A stretch of DNA of 64,000 nt from Eledone cirrhosa (taxonomy: Eukaryota). The translations under genes and the position numbers were made by a program. Shown here in pieces: positions 54,819-64,000 of the stretch (position 1 is the first letter of the stretch; each line of letters starts with the position of its first letter). The notes beneath the pieces were generated by a model that was given only the letters and a program-made list of their open reading frames with translations, was not told where the DNA came from and ran no database searches. The stretch spans positions 118,606,001 through 118,670,000 of the forward strand of contig OZ024741.1 in the NCBI GenBank assembly GCA_964016885.1, in the 5' to 3' direction.

Positions 54819-55310
54819 TATAGATATAGATATTCTATAACACTCTAACAAGAGACAGAAATAATCGCTACTCCGTTTCGTCGATATCCATCGAATATTG
54901 GCTTTTCGGGTGATATTGTTCATACCATTTTCTCGTTTATGTGGTTAGTGTGTTCTAATAGACATGGTGATGTGGTTAAAGAATCGGTTTTGCAACCACA
55001 TGGCTTCGAGTTCTGTCCCACGGCATGGCGCCTTGATCAAGTGTCTACTACAGCCTTGTGTTGATCAATGTCTTGTGAATGAAATGTGGTAGACGAAAAC
55101 TTCTTTTTCCGTCTTTAAGGGTCTTCACCCTATTTTATATACTATTTTATAGCATCTCCGCGCATGAGCACACACACACCTCTTTATAAAATAGGGTGAA
55201 TTTGTAGCATCTTAGAAACACACGCACATATACACGTGGAGATGGTGTCACGTGGTTCAATTGGCACCTGGCTTTTCAGCTGTAGCCAGATGTGTCTGAA
55301 AACGTGAACC

Positions 55311-55380
<70 letters not shown>

Positions 55381-55509
55381 TAAAGTGTGTGTGTAAAAAA
55401 TAGTGATATCACTCTCACACCCACATATTTTCACATACTTAGCCACTAATATTCCAACGCAAGTCTATCTCCCTCTCTCTTTCTATATATATATACATGT
55501 ATGTATATG

Positions 55510-55558
<49 letters not shown>

Positions 55559-55848
55559 ACCTGAAGGATTACTCTCAGTTAAACATACACATATTTCCTT
55601 TATATGTGGGTATATTCGACATTTTTAAAAATCTTTATATAGACAAAATCTAATTAGTTGTAGAACATTCTCACTCAATCAATATCTCGATTTCAAGAAT
55701 TAAATTGGGTCTTATGAGGTTCAGGTGTGTCCAGCTACGAGAGAATGGAGAGATTTAGAGATTTAGAGAGATTTAGAGAGAGAGAGAGAGGCTTTTAGGC
55801 CAGGTTGTTTCTACAAACCTGTATAAGTTCACACCCAGAGACACATAT

Positions 55849-56133
55849 CAGGGGCTGTGGAAACATTTCTGAATGGGGTCGGATGGGGTGGGATTGGGAG
55901 TAAATTTGGTCAATTTAGTTGCAGTGATTACTTTAGTTGTTATCAAATATCAACCAAGATATAACAAACTTCGATATGCGATATATATATATATAACATG
56001 TACATAAACTGTAACGTATATACAAAAGACGTATATTTTGGTAGTTTGGGGAGAAAAATATAATTAGGGTGTGTGTGTGTGTGGGGGGGGGGGGCATTCC
56101 CCTATCCCGTCCCCCTCAGTTCCACCGCCCCTG
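55849..56133. mobile_element. hAT-like MITE
   Basis: TIRs CAGGGGCTGTGGAA / TTCCACCGCCCCTG; TSD not clean. Confidence 0.65.
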
Positions 56134-56368
56134 AATATACACCCACACAGAAACATACTCACAGACAGATAGACGCACACACACATACACACACAATCGC
56201 TATGCCAGCCTGTTTGTAAATACACACTTGTATAAACACTAACACATTGATGAAGAAGATATACATATACACCCATCTCCTATACATAATTTTAATGGGT
56301 TTTCCTTTTGACTTATTTTCTCTTCCTGTGTGTGTATGGTCCTCTGTATTTCATATATATATATATAT

Positions 56369-56979
56369 ATGGTGGCTGCCAACTCGTTTTCGAGTACGGC
56401 CACTACTTTATATCCATGTAGGAGAACCCCTACCAATGCGCTGAACGAGTGTGACTTTTTAGTCCAGCCAGCGACTTGAAAACTCTGGTACAAACACTAC
56501 ACCTGTGACAATTATTGACACACAGTGCTGGGCCCATGGTACCATGTGATGACAAGTGCAGAGAGATCTCCAGATATAAAGCAATGCCTGTGCCGTGAAG
56601 CTTTTATAGTGAGCAAAGGCACTGCACAAAGCCAGTCCCACTCTCTTAACCAAGATAATATTTACCAAAAAGAAGAACAAGTCAACATCATTGGATACCA
56701 TCAGGGTTGCAGGTGTTATATCAGAGTTTTCCTTCTCCTAGAATTCTGCCTTGACAAAGGCTAAGGGGTCATCTCTCCCAGTGATTTGGGATGGCCATTG
56801 ACTCTAAAGAGCTCCTTTGCCCTTTGACAGGTTTTGTTTTTAGTCCCGCAGGATGTCCAAAGTCACCCTCCTCACCAAGAAACCTTGGTGGGGTTGCCAG
56901 TTTAGTCGCCAACGACCCGATCATGGGACAGGTTGTACTGGGATACATGTTACCAGTAGCACCAACTGGTGACCTGACA
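56369..56979 (-). mobile_element. About 610-bp non-autonomous RTE-derived element, copy 1
   Basis: RTE 5'UTR-like motif TCTAGGAGAAGGAAAACTCTGA on the minus strand; same boundaries as copy 2. Confidence 0.7.
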
Positions 56980-57070
56980 CATACATACATACATACATAC
57001 ATACATATCCATCCATCCATACATACATACATACATACATACATACATGCAGGCATACATACATACATAT

Positions 57071-57911
57071 CTCTATGCAATACAGGAACAATAACTCCCT
57101 ACCAAATATCTGCTGCACAAAAGAGGAGGGCCAGCAGCTGACAATAAATGTAGGCTATGTAAAACAAAGATCGAGGATGTAAGCCACATTGTTGCCAGCT
57201 GCGAAAGAATGTCATCTCGCTACTACCTCCCCATGAGACACGATGGGATAGCTAGAACCATCTGGAACGCACTTCGGAAAACAAAATTAACAACAAACGA
57301 GGAAGAATATATTGAGACAGATGGCACTAAGGAATACTGGTGGAACCTGAAAATAAAAACTGCCACCAAATTAAAGCACAACCGGCCTGATATTGTTGTT
57401 TGGGACCACACATTGAAAACGTGTTCTGTTGTGGAGATCAGCTGCCCACTTGATGTAAACGTTGTCAGAAAAATACAGGAGAAGGAGGACATCTACGGAC
57501 CATTGATGAGGAACTTACAAATCCAGTATCCAAGATACACCTTTAGCTTCATACCAATCATTATTGGTCCCGCCGAGGTTAACTTTGCCTTTCATCCTTA
57601 TGGGGTCGATAAAATAAAGTACCAGTAATGTACTGGATAATTGCTGGCCTTGTGCCAAAAGTAGAAACAATTATTGGAGCTACGGGTTATATACCAACCC
57701 GCTTGGACCAAAGTATGACTGAACTTGGATTTCCGGACAAAAAGCGCAGCTCCCTCATTCATAGTCTACAAATGGCTGCGATAGCTGGCACCTTCAAAAT
57801 TTGCAAAAAATTCTTGCGATTCAAGGGATAACAATTTCTTTTCTTTTACAACCTTGCCACCAGGAAGGTGGCCGGTCAAAAAAATATACTCGAAATTAAG
57901 AGAAAGAGAAA
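57071..57911 (+). mobile_element. R4/Dong-like RLE retrotransposon 3' part, interrupted by a SINE
   Basis: AIQEQ..PTKYL; CRLC...HIVASC (CCHC); RHD; HNRPDIVVWD...VVEISCP; IPIIIG|ATG; stop near 57831; flanked by (TACA)n. Confidence 0.9.
57568..57669 (+). mobile_element. 5'-truncated SINE family A, TSD ATTATTGG
   Basis: TSD at 57560-57567 and 57670-57677. Confidence 0.9.
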
Positions 57912-58022
57912 ACATACATACATACATACATACATGGATGCATACATATGCATACATACATATGCATACATACATACATACAGACGCATACATACATACA
58001 TACATACATACATACATAAATA

Positions 58023-58633
58023 ATGGTGGCTGCCAACTCGTTTTCGAGTACGGCCACTACTTTATATCCATGTAGGAGAACCCCTACCGATGCGCTGAAC
58101 GAGTGTGACTTTTTAGTCCAGCCAGCGACTTGAAAACTCTGGTACAAACACTACACTTGTGACAATTATTGACACATAGTGCTGGGCCTATGGTACCATG
58201 TGATGACAAGTGCAGAGAGATCTCCAGATATAAAGCAATGCCTGTGCCGTGAAGCTTTTATAGTGAGCAAAGGCACTGCACAAAGCCAGTCCCACTCTCT
58301 TAACCAAGATGATATTTACCAAAAAGAAGAACAAGTCAACATCATTGGATACCATCAGGGTTGCAGGTGTTATATCAGAGTTTTCCTTCTCCTAGAATTC
58401 TGCCTTGACAAAGGCTAAGGGGTCATCTCTCCCAGTGATTTTAGATGGCCATTGACTCTTAAGAGCTCCTTTCCCCTTTGACATGTTTTGTTTTTAGTCC
58501 TGCAGGATGTCCAAAGTCCCCCTCCTCATCAAGAAACCTTGATGGGGTTGCCAGTTTAGTCGCCAACGACTCGACCATGGGATAGGTTGTACTGGAATAC
58601 ATGTTACCAGTAGCACCAACTGGTGACCTGACA
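58023..58633 (-). mobile_element. About 610-bp non-autonomous RTE-derived element, copy 2
   Basis: Highly similar to 56369-56979. Confidence 0.7.
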
Positions 58634-58660
58634 TAATATATACATACATACATACATACA

Positions 58661-58744
<84 letters not shown>

Positions 58745-58747
58745 TAG

Positions 58748-58852
<105 letters not shown>

Positions 58853-58865
58853 CATATATATATAT

Positions 58866-58921
<56 letters not shown>

Positions 58922-58989
58922 AGCCCTTTGCCATGCATTTCGAAGATTGTGTTTCCTTATTTCGTGGGCCGAGATTCCGATTCTCGATA

Positions 58990-59020
<31 letters not shown>

Positions 59021-59572
59021 CCAGTATATTTATACACGCCTTCTCTGAGTGTGCATGTGAGCCTCTCTATTTCGCACACACACACATACATTCATGTATA
59101 CCAATCTAAGTTTATATATATATATATATATACACGGCTCTGTATGTATGTAGGGGTGTATGTACAGCATGTCTTTTTTAGACAGGGAAGCACAGTCAAG
59201 CGTCTAAATCTGATGATATTTATATCTGTTCTCAAGACCCGTAGAAACTGTTTGACTTCACGGTTAGGTTTTAATCTGGTAACCATGTCTTTGAGTTTTT
59301 ATGCACCACCTGTATAATATGTTGGTTGTTATCATAACATAGTTACAAGGCGCCTGGCTTCCACCTAAATGCATAGTCTTAGCTAAGGATCAAACTAGAA
59401 TCCCAAACCCTAAATGATGTTATATTTTACAACACAACCCAGGCCGGACTTTCACCTGCTGAGGCCATAAGCTATATAAAATTAGAGGCCTTTCCCTAAA
59501 AAATATACTTATTATTTCTTTATATTAATGTTAATGATAAAGAATATTATACACACACACACACATATATAT

Positions 59573-59712
59573 ATAGGAAAATATTTAACCCCGACGGCTT
59601 GAGCTCTGCCGTCGGGGTTAAACATTTTCCTATTACCCACTCTACTACTCTAAGTATTGAGTACTCTGGTGCGTTATGTTCCATCTAGTTACTTACCACA
59701 CATCCTTCGTTA
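59573..59712. repeat. Asymmetric hairpin element, same family as 12681-12872, opposite orientation
   Basis: Hairpin at 59573-59633 plus unpaired tail. Confidence 0.85.
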
Positions 59713-59913
59713 TATATATATATATATATATAAATGAGGTAAATATCTCACTGGGTACTAAGTACACATTGAGATATATAGGGTGTCTATAATATAATTG
59801 TTGTTCTATGGTACTAATTAGAGATACCAGAACTATAAAAATTGATGAGCAGAACAAACAAACATTAAAATTTATTTAAAGGATTGTTTAATGTTTGTTT
59901 GTTCTGCTCATCA

Positions 59914-59989
<76 letters not shown>

Positions 59990-60257
59990 ATATATATATC
60001 AACTAGAAATAGATTGCATATATATATATAAAATAAATACATGAATCAATCACAGGGAATAATTTGTAAAGAATGTAAGCACACATAACTAGGTAGGTAA
60101 CTAATTAAAGTTTGACTAGAATTTCAAATATAGATACCTTTTAAAATGATTAATCTCCTTTGTATATATTTCTTTAAGTAAGAAATATATTCTTATATAT
60201 ATTCTACGGTGGATATGGCACATGTCTCTCAGACATTACAACCCTTAATTTTAATTT

Positions 60258-60296
<39 letters not shown>

Positions 60297-60299
<3 letters not shown>

Positions 60300-60958
60300 T
60301 ATGTACACGTACATACATATATGTAAACAGACGTACAGTAGTATGTATATATATACATACATGCACACATATATATATGAGTGAGTTAATCGGCCGGGCG
60401 CACCGAAAACGATAAACGGAAAAAATGAAACGAAATTTCATTTCTCACATACTTATATTTACTGTACATACTTACATTTAAGTATCAGCTGTACTAAGAG
60501 TGAGAAATGAAATTTCGTTTCATTTTTTCCGTTTATCGTTTTTGGTGCGCCCGGCCGATTAACTCACTCGATATGCAAATTAGGCTGTTCAGCCGTTAAT
60601 ATGCATAAGGAAAGTATATACTTTCAGACGTTCAATCATCTGGCAGGAAGGTATACGGTGCTGACGATAGCTAATAAGCTTGAAACTAGTACATCGTTCC
60701 TTTGTCAGTGTTGAACAAAAGGGCAACGATGCTAAACACAGTACGGCTTAATTCGGGATGTTTGTTTACAAACAAACCGAGCATTATAATAAATGCTCAG
60801 TAAATCCATACGTACGCACATATTTGTGCATGTATGTATATATATACATACTACTGTACGTCTGTATTCATATATGTATGTACATGTACATACTTATATT
60901 TAAGTAACAGCCGTACTAAGAGTGAGAAATGAAATTTCGTTTCATTTTTTCCGTTTAT
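60297..60958 (+). mobile_element. Retrozyme/pLTR-like non-coding element
   Basis: Direct repeat with 422-bp period (60463-60536/60885-60958); 70-bp inverted repeat (60379-60448/60500-60569); central hammerhead. Confidence 0.75.
60655..60697 (+). ncRNA. Type I minimal hammerhead ribozyme
   Basis: ACGGTG-CTGACGA-T-AGCT-AATA-AGCT-T-GAAAC-TA-GTA-CATCGT; all three stems present, stem III palindromic (ACTAGT). Confidence 0.8.
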
Positions 60959-60966
60959 ATATATAT

Positions 60967-61818
60967 AGTGGAAGGTAATATCCGTAGTGTTAGAGCACTC
61001 AGTCAATGGGACGAGTTAGGTAGAAATGGTTACACAACAGTTAGTTCACCATACCGAGAACAATTGTTTCACCTTAGCGAATCCTCAGCTCGTAATGGAC
61101 ATGGTTATACGGAACAGGAAGGACAACCGTACGAACGCGCATGCGCAGAAACCGGTCACTTCACACAGGCAATACTAAAATGCGTGCGCGAGGTGTAAGG
61201 GAGATAACTGCGAAAGTCCGAAAAGTTTCTAGTTGATAAGAAAATTATGATGTTGTAATTCAATCCGGAGCTTTGTAGTTATGCAAGAGGTGTTTCGAGA
61301 CGTGTGGACAACGTGTGAAGAATTCATTTCTCGTGTTTAGGCAATCACTATTGCATAATCTCTTTAGAATATTTATTCGTTCATCAATACATAGTCCACA
61401 CGACGGATTTCACCTTGCGTATGGCTTGGACTTAGTGATGGCTTTCCATTGAATGTAGTAGTCTATACTTAAGTCCTTGAGGGACCATACGTGGCTCGCG
61501 AGTTTCGTGGATGAACGTCTGTCCGGGTACCTAAAGATCGACTGGTGGTTCAGGAAACGTTAATTAAATCGGCCCTCCGCCATACACACATAGGATTTGA
61601 CTTCTTGTGGTTGATTTGGTTGGTTGGAAGTGACCACAACTTCATAAATTACAGCGGGTGTGTGGCATTGCTGTTGAAGGAGACAAGCTTCGGGCTTACG
61701 GCAAGAGCACCCTGGTGGGGTGTTGCTCCTAGGGCTTCTGGTGATGTGGGCCTTCATGTTCTTAGCGCAGGAGTATCCTAGTTTTACTTTGTGTCGGTTA
61801 AAGATGGACAAAAAGTAT
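60967..61818 (-). mobile_element. Penelope-like element (Neptune-type) GIY-YIG end plus pLTR
   Basis: IFNRHKVKLGYSC; CSCRKPEACLLQQQC...VIYEV..SYVCMAEGRF; KLASHVWSLK..IQWK; CGLCIDER; LNTRNEFFTRCPH. Confidence 0.85.
61055..61092 (-). ncRNA. Hammerhead in the PLE pLTR
   Basis: CGAG-CTGAGGA-T-TC-GCTAA-GG-T-GAAAC-AATT-GTT-CTCG. Confidence 0.7.
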
Positions 61819-61962
61819 TGACGTACATATACGGCAATACTCATCTTTTTCTATTTCTCCAAGGGTTCTTAACCCCACTATCAGGCTAAATAATTTCTTT
61901 AATTTCTTTAGTCAAAATACGGGAATAGCTTACATTTACAATAATTTATATATATATACATT

Positions 61963-62280
61963 AACAGAATCGTTACGTCGGATAGACTGGTTTATGGTAT
62001 TAGTTCCGGCTCTCTGCTCTCTGAGTTCAAATCCCACCAAGGTCAACTTTGCCTTTCATCCTTTCGAAGTCGATAAAAAAGTACCAGTCTTGTACTAGAG
62101 TCGATTCTTCCTCTATATCTCTTTCTCATTTCCTCTCTGTCATTTCTTCTCTTTCTTTCTCTGGAAGAGATCTGCTGTACTCAGACCTGGAGAGGGATGG
62201 GTCTCCGCCAGGCTCAAAATGCCCAAGAATTGTCGTATATCAATAGGGCGCCCCTACGACTCTATCAGGAGTTACGAGAC
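61963..62280 (+). mobile_element. SINE family B
   Basis: Homologous to 1620-1950. Confidence 0.85.
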
Positions 62281-62559
62281 CCCACCCCCACCCCCACACA
62301 TATATATGATTTAGTGTTAAAGAATAAAAACTAATGATACAATAAAACTATATTTTAAAATTTAAGCACCAGAGGGTGTGTGGCCCTAAGCTATAGCTTA
62401 TAGGTAAGTCCAGCACTGCACACAACTTCTATCTAGCTATTTGGCAAATTATCCTTGTGAAGTATTGTTTAATACAATAGTGTTTCTACTCGCGGTACCT
62501 GTAGAAATTCCATTTTTCTTTTTGAGAGGGTCCTCAAAGTACCCATCTCTAAACCATCA

Positions 62560-63250
62560 AGCTATCCAAGCCGGGGTTTCATGGTGTATAACTTTTCTAA
62601 ATTCTCTTTTGATGTACAAATTTTGCACCCTAGGTCTGAGAACTCAGCCTTCATATTTCGCGTTGAGGAATTGGTTGAGTGTTAATCTCGCTCGGAGCAC
62701 GTCGATCGCGATGTCTTTTCTAAATGTCTTATCTACTGTCCTGACTAACTCTCCCTCTACTCTATTTCTTTCTAGTGCTAGTCCTTTGCTAAATCTTATC
62801 GATGCTTCACTGATCACCCCTTTCTATGTTCAAAGTTTTAATTATGTCTTTTGTTACACAGTTAATGTTGTTTAGAGCATGACATATGAATTTATTTCGT
62901 ACTCCAGAGCTCGATACTCTTGCTTGACATGAGTCCCGAACTCTGCTGGCTTCAGCTAATTGTATTTACAATGTGAACCTCTCAAGGGTTATGGACTCCC
63001 AGCTATGAGTAAAAAGCCTCAATGCCGCGTGCGATCAAAACTAGGGAGTAAACCTTATAATAAATCCGGAGTAGGACCCCTAAAAGAGTCCGCTGTTCCG
63101 CTGAACATATATCCTGTTCTTCATACAGACTAACTGGTACCAAAAGCATCAGTTTGCATTCCTTTGGCCCAGAACAGTAAGACTAAAAGTGAGATTCTGA
63201 TACTTGACGAGTTCTTTATACACACAACCTAAGCTTTCGTCCCAGAGCTG
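62560..63250 (-). mobile_element. Decayed L1/Tx1-like ORF2 fragment (endonuclease C-terminus and linker)
   Basis: DRIYV-like motif; EASIRFSKGLALERNRVEGELV...RARLTLNQFLNAKYEG*VLRPRV. Confidence 0.5.
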
Positions 63251-64000
63251 TGGGTCCTAAACTTTTTTTTTTTTTTTACTAACGGCACAGATGATTAAAA
63301 CTTAGACCATAAAGAAATAAAACGGACCATCCAGCTTTGCTTCCCTCGCTACGGTCACCACCCTCACCCCATCCTTACCCACACAAACATCACCACCACA
63401 CCATTCACACACACCACCATTAGCCTCACACCACCACCACCACAACCCTCACCACCATCATTACCCTTACTCCTCACCTCTCTTACCAACATCACTCCCT
63501 TACCAACCTCACCGCCCTCACCACTGCCACATTCCTCACCTTCCTCGCTACCCTCACCTTCCTCGCTACCCTCACCCCCCATAAATACGTACAATAGATA
63601 AAAACCTTGCTGTCGATTGGTGTTGTGAGCAAAGGGGTGTGTAATACACGGTGGGTTGTTGGATTGGATTTCTGTCCGTGACCCAAATGTCTGATGTACT
63701 TATTTTATTGTTCACACGCACGCACCCCCCCCCCCCCACACACACATATTGCACACAAACATACATGTACATGTGCGTGTGTATATAGGTATATATACTT
63801 TTATGCATCTCTGTGTTTGTGCATGTGCAAATATTTATATCTATACATATATATAAAACTGAAATTGTCTGTGTGTGTGTGTCCTAATGTTTGCAAAGTC
63901 TATACAAATCCACATTTCTACTCCGATTGACTTTAAACTTGCATTTATATATTCCTTGCGGCCTAAAGATATTAACTGCAGCTTTTATTTTTCAATTTTC

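Noticed and set aside
54860-54918. Minus-strand hammerhead relic CCGAAAA...GAC-GAAAC-GGA-GTA
   Set aside because: Two non-compensatory core changes and mismatched stems; at most a dead relic.
56525-56764. 79-aa ORF conserved in both 610-bp copies
   Set aside because: Conservation is explained by recent copying; it is antisense to the RTE-like motifs and has no recognisable domain.
56369-58633. LTR retrotransposon (610-bp direct repeats flanking an ORF)
   Set aside because: No PBS, PPT or TSD; the interior is a non-LTR RLE fragment and the repeats carry RTE 5'UTR motifs.

Overview
AT-rich eukaryotic DNA that looks intergenic or intronic and is packed with microsatellites and transposable elements. 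The SINE families and (TA)n/(CA)n density suggest a cephalopod (octopus-like) genome; this is inference, not a database result. I see no intact host gene, and the long ORFs in the track come from simple repeats. Identifiable elements are: three or more tRNA-derived SINE families; decayed LINEs (RTE, CR1, CRE, R4/Dong-like RLE, Tx1-like); a Neptune-type Penelope-like element (PLE) end; full-length but decayed Tigger/pogo and Chapaev3-like DNA transposons; a mariner remnant; hAT, Tc1 and pogo MITEs; and a 4.8-kb CT-rich minisatellite. The strongest unexplained signal is about 10 hand-folded hammerhead-ribozyme-like motifs from several unrelated small elements, mostly beside microsatellites and often with inverted or direct terminal repeats. 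They include a 422-bp retrozyme-like monomer, a type III fold with an expanded stem II, and U4A and U3-A8 core variants. All folds were derived by eye and none has been tested.
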